Assembly: GCA_964016885.1 (NCBI GenBank) | Contig: OZ024744.1 | Coordinates: 21,328,001-21,392,000, forward strand | Direction of reading: 5' to 3' | DNA from: Eledone cirrhosa | Taxonomy: Eukaryota | DNA: 64,000 nucleotides | Part shown: positions 50,714 through 64,000 of the stretch, piece by piece | Layout: every line of letters starts with the position of its first letter | Position numbering within the stretch: the first letter of the stretch is position 1 | Notes under the pieces: model-generated | Seen by the model: the letters and a program-made list of their open reading frames with translations, nothing else | The model's database searches: none | What the model was told of the DNA's origin: nothing | Program-made: the position numbers and the translations under genes

Positions 50714-51555
50714 TACACAATGTTCAAACAGGTTATTATAATACTAGTGTCACAACATTTATAAAGATACATAACTATTGACAGTGTCTGTGACATCATA
50801 TAGAAAAGCAGGAGTGACAGAAAGATGTGTTATACAGATATTAAAGTATAAGGAGCAATGGTGAAGATTGAAAATATTGAACATATTATATATAAAGATA
50901 TTCTTTAAGGTAATAGAGGTGCAAAAGATACAAAGCAAAAAGGTGTCACATAAGATAGATAAAAGTTATCATAGCATTGAAAAATGTAATATTAAGTGTA
51001 TATAAAACAAAACGAACTCAATTTCAGAGCTACATCTTGATGTTGAGGGCAGAAATATTCAATTATGTCATGTTTTGCTACATAATGCTATAAAGCTCAT
51101 CAAGGAATCTCAACTATATTTTTCCTTTTTCAAAACTAACTCCTCAACACTGATAAAAAACACTAACTAAAATAAGAATTTAATAAATATCATAACGATA
51201 AACTTTCTTATTTTATTTTTTAGGTATAGCTTTCACGATTAAACCTAAATAAATTTCTGATTAAATTTTTATGGCTTCTGTCATTATTAACCGATGGGGA
51301 TGGGTTTTATCGAGGGAGAGGACATCACACGAACAGTTCATATCAAATTCAGAAATTCTTTTTTTTTAAATAAGAAAACTAAGAGATAATATTTAGAAAT
51401 TGATGGGATTGTGTGGGGTGGGGGATAAAAGCAAGGATATTCCATAAAATTGGTGCAAAATCGAACCTAAAAAATCAAAGACTTTCAGTGTTCCTTATTA
51501 AAAATAAAGATATTTCAAACGGTTGTATTCCTCACAGACACACACACATATATAC

Positions 51556-51613
<58 letters not shown>

Positions 51614-52327
51614 ATATATATATATATCATGTCTGTTCGACAGCATTTATCCTTAAAATATTCTGGACGTTCACCAGCTGTGCAGAGAGTGAACTAAATA
51701 CATCGATATGTATTTCCTCGGTGGCTGATGGTGTGAAGAAGATGGTGGAAGTGGCGGTGGGGGAGGGAAGGAGAGGGGAGGAGAAGACATGTGTGTGTGG
51801 GGGGGGGGGAATAAATTGACACACAAAAACAAATAAATGCAAAGACAACAAAGTAAAACTAATTATATAAACAGCAACTACATAAAAAGATATTAAAAAA
51901 AACAAACAATAAAAAAGACAAAGAGAAGCGGGTAAAGAAGGAATGGAAGTAAAGAAGAGAATATTGAGATAAAAATTATAGCTGATATCACTGATTATTC
52001 TAAACATGTATTGATTAGATTTAATACACTTGATATCCAATTACAAGGATTATATTTAATAGATGTATTAAATATTGATTTTGTAATGGAAAAAAAAGAT
52101 AAGCAGATAGATAAATGAACAGATGAACGCAAGAGAGCAAGTGAGAGAGAGATGGTGAGTGGGGGAATAGACAGGGAGAGGGGGGAATGAGCGGGAGCTA
52201 GATATAGAGAGAGTGAGAGGGAAAGAGAGAGTGGGAGGTAGAGATAGAGAGAGATGGGGAGAGAAAGGTGATGAGAGGATTGGATTTCACTGCAATAGAA
52301 AGTAAGATGCTGATTTCAGCAAACATA

Positions 52328-54210
<1,883 letters not shown>

Positions 54211-55299
54211 GGACTGCAAACGAAATAATTCGACAACGTTTATATATTAATGGCGTCTGGCAAGCAAGTATCGAGAAAAAATATATGTAATAACTGTCAA
54301 AACGCACGTGTGATTGTGATATCGAACTGTGTTGATAAAGGAATCAAGTTAATAAAATCCATAGTCATAAGATATCTCAGACGCAATATCGTGTTTATTC
54401 TATAAGAAGGTAAACTCAGTGGTGTTTCTAAAGAAGCATTTTTACTTCTTGGACCTCTGTCACTTCCTACTACGAGTGTTCCACTTGTTTGAATAATGGA
54501 CTTACCTTGATCATGAAACTGATTTGTGTGTATCTGAAGCATTTCATAGACACGTGTACCTTTAATGTAGTTCTCTGGATGATTCAGCGTGACACGGTAT
54601 GTATATGTGATGAAATGGACACCCCCCCTCCGCGTCTATTGGAGCAACTTGAAGTAAAGTTCCTTGTTCAAGAATACAAAACCCCACCGGAAACTAAATT
54701 TGTGTCCTTTTGGTCTTCAGTCCAACTCTCTCACATATAAGCCCCGTCCCTTTACAAATGGGGCGTATGCAATAACTAAATGAATTATATCTTTAAAAAT
54801 GTGGTGTACCAGCAATGGGGTCTTGTAGATAAATATCAGGCATATGTGTAAGATATATATATAAACGTTTCTCAAACATTATATTGAGTAATGTTTCTGA
54901 AATGCTCGTGTATTTATTAACTCTTACCTTCCTGGAATGATTTAATAGAGAATATTTAAAAATGAGTTTGGTAATTCAAATATGTATAGTATCTTACATA
55001 GTGTGTCAATCCTTGAGAAAATTCGCAATAAGATAAAATAAAACAATTTAATTATTAATGCGATGCAGTATTTATAGTGGTTTATACTCTTCTTAGAATG
55101 TATTGTTATTATGATGACTTCCTGTGGTAGATGACGTTTAGAGTTCATACAGATACAACACCGATTTTTCCAGCAGCTGCTAGTGAAGCACCCCTTTTAA
55201 TCTGGATATAGAATATGTAAATCCCTTATCACCTTCCAGACAAGTTAATTTATGTTACGACGTAACTGCATTACTCTTAGATTTAACTTTAAACATTTT

Positions 55300-55620
55300 T
55301 GCCTTTTCTAATAATTAAACTAATATCTAAACATAGAAATGACTCAACAGGTAGACAAATCAGGGAAGTAACTGAAATAGAACTAAGAAAACCAAAGTTG
55401 AACAGACCACATGAATAGAATAACAACAGCAACCATATACAAACACACAATAGTGACATAAAGTAAATATAAAGAATATACACAGGTACAATAACAACAA
55501 CCACACCTAAACACACACTAGTGAACAAAGATAGAATACAAACACACACAGATTCAGACACGAACACACACACCAAACAGAAAACACTCACACAAACGCA
55601 TGCGCAAACAGAGGTAACAA

Positions 55621-55671
<51 letters not shown>

Positions 55672-56342
55672 AAAATAGAATAAGTAAACATTACAATACA
55701 ACGGGAGGAAACATAATAGTACCACTGCTAATGTCACAGGTGTGTGATGAAAGAACTTTGATAGACTATATATATATATTATGCCTAACGCATTTGCACT
55801 CTCTATACTATTCCATGTGTACTGTTAATGTCCTCGTTTTACGAATAACTTTCTGCCTTATTGCCTCTTTAATTATTATACTATTTCCTTGTAATCCTTG
55901 TCACATGCATTCCACTCTGTGCCTCTTTAATTATTATACAATTCTCTTGTAATCTCTGTAACATCCATTCCACTCTGTAAATATGAAACTGTTGATGACA
56001 ACATTAATATCCATGTATCTATATGATTGTTCAATTGAATAGGAAGTTAATTATATGTCCAAACTTTGCTAGTGCTCCGATGGATCTAAACGAAAGTTTG
56101 GAAGAAACAATTGTCAGCAATAAAATGTTTTGAAAATAGTTTTGATTATTGTGTAATTCATATATATTTATATCTGTATTTTTAACCGTTGGTCAATTAA
56201 TGATAAACATTGATTGCCAAATAAATTAACTATGGAGATATAGAATATACAGACGCAATAACCAAACCAAACCAAACAGTGAGTGTGTTTTGTTATGATT
56301 TCTGGCAATATTATAACAATATGACCCTCCCCAAGTATAAAC
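55300..56342 (-). mobile_element. Second, diverged copy of the 31140-31790 repeat, interrupted by an ~400-bp insertion (about 55775-56180)
   Basis: 55300-55770 is reverse-complementary to 31340-31790, and 56185-56342 to 31140-31300. Confidence 0.75.
56073..56119 (+). ncRNA. Minimal type I hammerhead with variant core
   Basis: TGCT-CCGATGGA-TCTAAAC-GAAA-GTTTGGA-A-GAAA-CAATTG-TC-AGCA: 4-bp stem I, GNRA-capped stem II, palindromic stem III and a GUC site. The core deviates from CUGAUGA. Confidence 0.55.
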
Positions 56343-56744
56343 AAATATTACATTTTTGTTATTGTTGTATTAGTGTTAAAGTTTGAAGTGCCAGAAGGGA
56401 TCCGAATTACCTTAAAAAGTAGGGGTCCGGCTTAGAGCTAATATGGCACAAGTAATACGTCTGATGAAATGTACGAAATACACACACGTGTGTATATTGT
56501 TTTTCTGATGGAGGTTTCTCAGACACGGGAATTGTGTGATATACCTGTATATATGATTTGTCGAATGTACATTTATTCAAAAAATACTTTTCAAAGCATT
56601 TCATATATTCGAGGGACTATGTACTTTTCCGGGGAAAATATTTCAAACATACTGCAAGTTGAATAATGATGTTTGATGAAGTTTATAAAATAGACGATTG
56701 CATATCTCCTTGTATACATTTCTTCATATTTTAATAACTACATA

Positions 56745-57014
56745 GTACGAGACCAGCTTATATCTTGGATGTTATCCAACTATATTGCTCGGGATCTACC
56801 CCTGGGTACCCACGCCCGTAAAATCTGTCCAGCGATTCTTTCCTGAGACATTCTAACCACATGTCACGTGGCACTGGAGGAACCAGCCGGACCAATTGGA
56901 GACGGTTGCTTCTAACAGGACATGCTGGAAGGAGTGTTTGACGTCTCTGCCTTAACGACCCTCTCTGGAAGAAGAAGAAGAAGAAGAAGAAGAAGAAGAA
57001 GAAGAAGAAGAAGA
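56745..57014 (+). mobile_element. RTE-like LINE 3' end with (GAA)n tail
   Basis: DQLETVASNRTCWKECLTSLP*RPS resembles the RTE C-terminal AxDRxxW...LPPRP, and is followed directly by (GAA)n. Confidence 0.55.
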
Positions 57015-57524
57015 CATAGTACTATATTTCTATGGAGATAATATCTACTTTATTATATATTATATACTTTAAAACGAAATGGTTGTTTAAAGTGTAGACC
57101 TCTTATTGTTCAAGTTTCTGTCTGTGTCTAAACGTGTGTGTGTGTGTGCTTGTGCGTATGTGTGTGTGTGCGTGCCTATGTGTGCGTGTGTGCGCGTGTG
57201 TGCGCGAGCGCGCATGCTGAACCATCAAATAAGTAAACATGTGTTATATTAGAGATAATAAATTTATCGTACGTTATCTTTGAGATAATGCATGGTCAAT
57301 TGTTTGATTATTCGTAAAGAGCGACAGCACTTAAAGAAGAACAATTTCCTACGAGGGATAAGTACCCAACTGGTGTCGCAATTAGAGAAACAAATAAACA
57401 AACAAACCAACAACAAAAACATATGTTAGCATTTGTAAAATATCAACGGAAATAAGAAAATAGTAGCTGCAAGTGTCTAAAATGGTAATTACGTCAATAG
57501 CTTTAAACACATGTATACTGAGAT

Positions 57525-57690
57525 TAAGTTCGGCAAATTGTCAGAGTCGTTAGAACGTCGGATAGAATATTTTATAGTATTCGTTCCGGTTCTCTGCCCT
57601 CTGAGTTCAAATCCCACCGAGTTCAACTTTGGCCTTCATTCTTTCGAGGCTAATAAAAAAAAGTACCAGTCTATTACTGGGGTTGATTCT
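57525..57690 (+). mobile_element. Older tRNA-derived SINE copy
   Basis: CTGAGTTCAAATCCCACCGAGTTCAACTTTGGCCTTCATTCTTTCGAGG...AAAGTACCAGT. Confidence 0.8.
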
Positions 57691-58028
57691 TCCTCTCTCT
57701 CATTTTCTATCTTTCTCTTGAATAAATTTGCTGTACTCAGGTCTGGAGAGGGATGGGCACCGCCAGGCTTAAAATGCCCAAGAAATGTCGTTTGTGAATA
57801 CGGCGTCCCTACAATTCCCCAGGGGTTTCGGGACCATACATACTGAGATTAAAGATAATAATTTCATGGAAATATTTAGTATAACACTTTCATAAAAAGA
57901 ATGTATGTTATTTTTAAAAAAAATAATGAACTAGTCTTATTAATATGAAGCATTGTGAGATATATAATAGATTGGAAATTCCAGAATCGAATTGACTACT
58001 ATAACGTTTCCACGAGAGTGTTTAAGAC

Positions 58029-58417
58029 CAGCGGTCGCCAACCTTTCGGACCTCACAGACCAAAAAATTCATAATTTTAAATCCCGCAGACCACTAATAT
58101 AATTTTTTTTAAAAAAGATGAATACATTTGTAAAATAATGATCAGAGAACTTCCATTTTATTAAATAATACCGAGGCGTACGTGTCATATTGTCGATAGA
58201 TGATACATATCTGTAAAATTCTTTCATGGATGTTAGTTCTTTACTGAGGAGAAACAATTTTAGGCGGGGATTATAAAATATATTTTAACCGAAATTATTT
58301 TAATTTTATTATTAATAAAACATACAAATTGCAAATAATGTCCGAATTTGTCTGCGGACCACCAACATTTTCTATCGGGCAACCAATAGTTCTCGGACCA
58401 CCGGTTGGCGAGCGCTG
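58029..58417. mobile_element. hAT-type MITE
   Basis: TIR CAGCGGTCGCCAACC / GGTTGGCGAGCGCTG with subterminal GGACCA motifs. The TSD is degenerate. Confidence 0.8.
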
Positions 58418-59039
58418 GTTTATCCACTTAGACCAGTCACGGAAGAACACAACGGTTGTTCGTTTTTGTTTTTTAACTGTTTTTGTTTTACGTTTGAAAA
58501 GAAGGTTTTAGCCCAGAAATATCGTCTTGAAATATACTGGGTAAAATATTATTTTGTTTTGTTTCTCATTCGTTGCTCTTTATATATTTCTACTGAAATT
58601 TCTTTTTTGAAATTTATCAGTCGATGAAATAATAATTATCTCTTAGAATTGGGATCAAAATAATGATTCGTGAAAAAGATTTGTTTAATTTGAAAACTAT
58701 AAAAATAGTTAATAACTATAAATAATGGTTGAATGAACCAGATAAGGGGATGGACAGAGACAAAATTCTTACTTGAAACCTGCAATGCTTGCAGTCTTTT
58801 ATGAAAGCCCAAACTAGGCTTGAAAACCGGCTAAAAGTGTTTATCATTTTGTTCAGGTTATAGAGAAATACGCGTATATTTAGCATGCAGTGTTATCTAC
58901 GAAATAACTAGAAAAAAGAAATCCAACCAAGGTAAGATAAAAGATGAAAACTCCGGGGAAAGAGTAAAGTTAGGGAAGGAGCATTTTGCTAACTTACTTG
59001 GAAAACCTCCCTTGATAGTTGAAGGAAATATTGACAAAG

Positions 59040-59990
59040 TATTTAACCCACTGCCGCTTGATGTTGGATAATATACCAGCAGAAGAATGGAATGATGGGT
59101 TGCTTGGAATCTGCCAAAAGACCTTCAAAAGGGATGTACCGGAAATCTGGAGAAAAGGAGGAATGGTGCCTGTACTCAATAAAGGATGACCTTTGATATA
59201 CAACAAATTATAGAGGAATTATTGTGGCAGTAGTTGCAGCAAAAATCTACAACATAATACTACTAAATAGAATTGCACTACATATAAACCTGAAACTCAG
59301 AATAAATCAAAAGTGTTTCTGACAGAATAGATCGACTGTCTCAGAAATATTGACACTAAAGTTAAATTCTCGGCAAGGAAAATAAGTGGACACATAAATG
59401 TTACCAAGACAGAATACATGTCACGAAACCAAAATGGAAATCTTGTCACACTGGATGTCAGAATACTAAATTGAGTTGATGATTTTCTATATTTCGGCAG
59501 TTGGATGTGTTCACAAAAAGGAAGACATTAGAATTTCCCAAATCTGGCAGTTATGAAGAAAATGGAAAGAATATGGAAGTTAGATGTACCAAGAAGAAGC
59601 CAAAATATCATTCTTCGGAACATCTGTTAAGTCAGTGCTGTTCTATATATCAGATACATTGACCCTGACACAAGAACTTGGGAAGAAACAAGATGGTGCA
59701 TACACTAAAATACTTAGGGTTATACAAAACATAAAGTGTCGTCAATGTGTTATAAATGAAAGTTTATACTGAAAATTGGCCAAGATAACAACTACAATTG
59801 CTTAAAGATAGTTATGATTTACAGAACATTGCTGGAGACATAAGCATGAAGTTATACACAAGTTACTATTGTGGGAACCAACTCACGAGGGACACAATAG
59901 AGGAAGACCTGCAAGAACTTTCATACGATATAAACCTCATTAAAGAGCAGATACCAGGAATGGAAACTCGTGATTTATAGAGTGACTTTC
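59040..59990 (+). pseudogene. RTE-clade LINE reverse-transcriptase remnant (internally deleted, many stops)
   Basis: LDNIPAEEW, VPEIWRKGGMVPV, NYRGI..VAAKIYNIILLNRI, QNRSTVSEILTL, INVTKTEYM, VDDFLYFGSW, SVLFY, LLLWEPTH..RGRPARTF. Confidence 0.88.
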
Positions 59991-60340
59991 TCAGGAATGG
60001 TCGACAGTGGTCAGAATAATGGCGCGCATCTTTTCGTCTCTTCTCTCACCAAGTTTGATATTTCAGTTGTCCCTTTATAATTGTCGATCATATCTGCTTT
60101 ACACTCACCGATGATCCCTGAGAGGTTATGGTACCGGCACTGTTTATGGCGAAACATTTTCTTCTTTGAGTTTCTCCAGGTGTTTTATAGTTATAAAGGT
60201 GGCTCTGTACATTTTAAATTATATTTTTTAATTATTATGTATTTTCTACACTTTTCGTAGACTTATGCTTTTCACTCTAGTGGTTCTCTACGCCTCGTAA
60301 TTGAAAACATACCCTTTCATATTTTCTTATCTATATACTG

Positions 60341-60376
<36 letters not shown>

Positions 60377-61114
60377 GATAACAAAATATCGTTATAGGTA
60401 ATCCAGTTAGAGGTTGTGAATACTTATTATTATGGATAGATTTAGCGTACGGCGTTGCTTGACTAAACAAGAGGTTTACGTAGATGACGAGTTTATGATT
60501 TCACTTGTATTCTTATGTAAGTTTATCTTGGAGTAATACAATTGAAAAAGTGGAGAATAACATGGTCAACGGTACAAATAAGAGGATTTATTTGCAGTGT
60601 AACAATTGTTTCACTGATAGAGTTGTCTAAAAATTGCTGAACACTAAAAGCCGTGCCACTCAATTTTAAATACGATGTTAACTCTATTAGATCTTCGGAA
60701 ACTGTTAAAAAAATATATATGTAACCGGCAAATTTACAAATTCAAATTACATCATCAATAATAATATTAATAATAAAGATATAGAGAGAAAAGGAAGAAG
60801 AAAGGGAGAGCGATACAGTAAAGAAAGAAAAGAAAGGAAGGACAAAAAAGAAGGAAAAAGGAAAAGAAAAAGAAAAAGAGAAAGAATAAAAAGGAGAAAT
60901 TATTATAGATAGAAATATAAAGAGAAGATATATAGAAGATGATGGTAGATAGAGGAGAGACAAACATAAGTAGAAATAACGTAGGATAGAAAGAAGAATA
61001 GAGGGACAAATAAATAAATAAACGTTAATACATTAATAAATGTAAATAAAAATAAAAGTAGATATATAAAAAAATATATGAACAAATATATTAAAAAAAA
61101 TATATAAAAATTGG

Positions 61115-61138
<24 letters not shown>

Positions 61139-61146
<8 letters not shown>

Positions 61147-61760
61147 AATGTGATATAAAATGGTATAAAATGTGAAAAATGAAGAATAAAAATAAATACG
61201 TAAAACGAGTAAAAAGAGTAAAAATGTGCGAAGAATATTTAAACATATTAAAATTATTGAGAATGGTTTTTGAGAATTGTTGAAATATATGGAGAGATAA
61301 TAAGGTAAAAATATGATAATGTTAAATATATTTATGTGTATATTGGTTATTTTAATAAATAAATAAATTAATTAGTTTTAAGTTATCAAATAACAATATC
61401 AAAACCTCTTATATTTACATTCTTATTTTATATATCTCTATTTTTCACTCTTTATCTTTATATTTCTCTCCCTGAATTTATTTCATCTGTCATTTTATTT
61501 TATCATATAATATATCTTAAAACTAATTTATTTATTTATTTATTAAAATAACCAATACACACATAAATATATTTAACATTATCATATGTTCACCTTATTA
61601 TCTCTCCATATATTTCAACAATTCTCAAAAACCATTCTCAATAATTTTAATATGTTTAAATATTCTTCGCACATTTTTACTCTTCTTACTCCTTTTACGT
61701 ATTTATTTTTATTCTTCATTTTTCACATTTTATACCATTTTATATCACATTAGATATAAC
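61139..61760. repeat. AT-rich long inverted repeat (~245-bp arms, ~130-bp spacer)
   Basis: 61139-61385 is reverse-complementary to 61515-61760 with few differences. Confidence 0.92.
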
Positions 61761-61785
61761 TTATTTAGATATAACTTATAAAAGG

Positions 61786-61955
61786 TCAGGACCCCGGCCA
61801 TATCAACAGCTAGATCCGAACGGATCTAGCTGTTGAAACGGCCGTGTTTCTCCGTCGGGGTCCTGAATTTTTCATATTACCCACTCTACTAGCTTGAGTA
61901 TTGAGTACTCTGGTGAGTAATGGTCTAACTGGTTTTTACCGCCTCCATTCTGATA
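61786..61955 (+). mobile_element. Penelope-like pLTR fragment with foldback palindrome and hammerhead 3' half
   Basis: Hairpin AACAGCTAGATCCG-AA-CGGATCTAGCTGTT, GAAA (61835-38), CGG..CCG, TC (61855-56), followed by the shared downstream motif. Confidence 0.7.
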
Positions 61956-62445
61956 TATATATGTATATATAAACATATATACATATATATATGTTTATAT
62001 GTATGTATATATATGTATGTTCTTCTGGTTTTATAATTTCACAAAGTGTTACCAATAGAGAGAGAATCGGTTTCTAACATAGACACAAGATTCTCTCATT
62101 GGAATTTACACAACATCAACTAGGTAGATATGTATGTATGTATGTGTAGATATGGATGTTATTGTATGTGTGGATATGTATGTTTTGAGTTGTATGTGTG
62201 CATGTGTATATGCTTTGTATCTGTACATGTGTATATGCAGTATGTATGTATGTTTGTATGTATGTATATGTTATGTTTGCGCCTGTTTAAATTTGCTGGA
62301 CGTTTGAAATGTAATTTATGTTTGTTTTTCTTTCCTCCCTCAGCACAAAGAGAATGTTTGTCCCCGAGAATTGACAGTGTTATAGACACGACTTAACGAT
62401 AGGAAATGATGGAAAACCACAAAAACCGCAAAACTCCAATGAAAA

Positions 62446-62686
62446 TTGTTGTTGGTGGTGGTGGTGGTGAATGTAGTGTTGTTGTTGGTAGTGGTGGTGG
62501 TGGTGGTGGCGGTGGTGACTGCAGTGTTGGTGGTGTGGTGGGGGCGGGTGGTCGTGGTGGGGGCGGTGATGATGATGATGATGATTGTGGTGGTGATGAT
62601 GATGACGGTGATGACTGTAGTGTTTGTGGTGGTAGTGGCGATGTTGAATGTAGTGTTGTTGTTGTTGTTGTTGGTGGTGGTGGTGA
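62446..62686 (+). repeat. Compound (GGT)/(GTT)/(GAT) microsatellite
   Basis: Visible directly. Confidence 0.9.
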
Positions 62687-63384
62687 GAAGAATTAACAGA
62701 TAGGTGAGAGAGGTAGTGGTAGGAGTGGATGTATGAAAGGGTACAGGTTGGTAAAAAAAACAAGCAATAAGAAGGCGTACAGTGGAGCTCTTCCTCAAAA
62801 TCGGAACATCAGTCGCCCGTCTGAGGAAGGACCCCCACGAGGTGGGATGGCTGTTGCAGAGGGTGTCACTGGCCGTCTTTGCGTGAATGCTTTTGCGGTC
62901 TTGTCCGCGAGGCACAGCCTCATTAGCACCACGCCCTAGGCCCAGAAACCCTCCCACTTCCCATTCTTCTGTGACACTACAGTCCTTGCCATTCTCTCCC
63001 TTTTCCGTTTTTATTTTTTTTGCTCTTTTTTCTTTATATTTTCCTATTTTACATTCCATTCTTTTCAGTCGAAATTTCTTTTCTTTTTCTACTAAACTGC
63101 TTTTATATGGAAAAAAGCAACAACTAATAATAGACGAAGGCTGACGCGGAGGCGGTGGGGTGGGGTCTATTAGTAAATAAACCGACTGTAGATACATACT
63201 GACACACAAAACGAGACACACACACACACACAGGTTGTCCCCAAATTGTATACACTTAAACAGCATTATAATAAATATGTGTATACATTGTTGGGAGTAC
63301 ACCCTATTTATATATATGTGTGTGTATATGCATATGTATGTATGTATGTGTGTGTGTGTGTGTATGTGTGTGTGTGTGAGTGTG

Positions 63385-63670
63385 TGTTTGGAATCGTGAG
63401 TTTGTGAGTTCGTTTCCTTGACCGTGTGATGAGTTGAAGGCTTGAGCAAGACACTTTATTTCACGTTGCTCCTGTTCACTCAGCTGTAGAAACGTGTTGT
63501 GCCGTCACTGGTACCAAGCTGTATCAGCCTATACCGTTCCCTTGGACAACATCTGAGGTGTGGTGAGGGGATCCCTGCATTCTTTGGTTACTGCTGGTCT
63601 GCTACAAATAACCTTAACCGGATTTATGCCTCGAAGGGCAACCTTGATGGTTATTCGTGACTGAAGAGTG
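63385..63670 (+). mobile_element. Old SINE (family of 38022-38760)
   Basis: CTTGAGCAAGACACTTTATTTCACGTTGCTCC...CACTCAGCTG domain. Confidence 0.7.
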
Positions 63671-63689
63671 TTTTACGCTTTAACATATA

Positions 63690-63925
63690 CTAGCACAATG
63701 GCCCGGCGTTGCTCGGGATTTGCTCTAGGGTTCTTATATATTTGATATATATTTATCCTCATCGAACCTCGGCTTAATACGGGATGTTTGTTTACAAATA
63801 CACCGAGCATAATAATAAATGTTCGGTGAATCCATACGTACATATATATATGTGTGCATGTATGCATATATATATACATACTACTGTACGTCTGTATACA
63901 TATATGTATGTACGTATACATACTT
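63690..63925 (-). mobile_element. Non-autonomous Helitron 3' portion
   Basis: On minus: hairpin CCCGAGCAACGCCGGG followed by CTAG|T, the same terminus as 36587. Confidence 0.75.
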
Positions 63926-63932
63926 ATATATA

Positions 63933-64000
<68 letters not shown>

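Noticed and set aside
56461-56500. CTGATGA..GAAA-TACACAC/GTGTGTA-TA hammerhead-like motif
   Set aside because: Stems I and II do not pair, and stem III is explained by a CA/TG microsatellite.
60104-60170. CTCA-CCGATGA...GGCGAAAC...TGAG hammerhead-like remnant
   Set aside because: No stem III and a mutated core; too decayed to support.
60595-60645. Minus-strand GAAACAATTGTT with AGTGT/ACACT stem
   Set aside because: The segment at the core position (TCAGCAA) does not resemble CUGANGA.
62340-63449. 369-aa minus-strand ORF
   Set aside because: It runs through (CA)n, A-rich and trinucleotide repeats, with no recognisable domain.

Overview
Eukaryotic, AT-rich and almost entirely repetitive DNA. 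It is most likely coleoid cephalopod (Octopus), judging by tRNA-headed SINEs with the 'TTTGCCTTTCATCCTT(A)CGGGGTCGATAAAATAAAGTACCAGT' core and the density of (TA)n/(CA)n/(GGT)n. No host protein-coding gene could be recognised, and nearly all ORFs in the track are repeat artefacts. Main content: a 15-kb 22/23-bp satellite with mosaic higher-order blocks (1-15030); a near full-length but frameshifted Tx1/L1-clade non-LTR retrotransposon (about 17.3-23.25 kb); a second 21-23-bp satellite (26.1-30.0 kb); fragments of CR1, RTE, CRE (RLE), Neptune-type Penelope and Chapaev-like elements; a solo LTR; hAT MITEs; non-autonomous Helitrons; and many SINEs. The most notable signal is a set of type I hammerhead ribozyme motifs in Penelope-like pseudo-LTRs, with one intact at 33518-33591. 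Several insertions have their inverted-duplication junction inside or next to the ribozyme core or stem II, which suggests a ribozyme-hairpin-directed foldback step during integration. All calls come from manual reading and translation; no database search was run.
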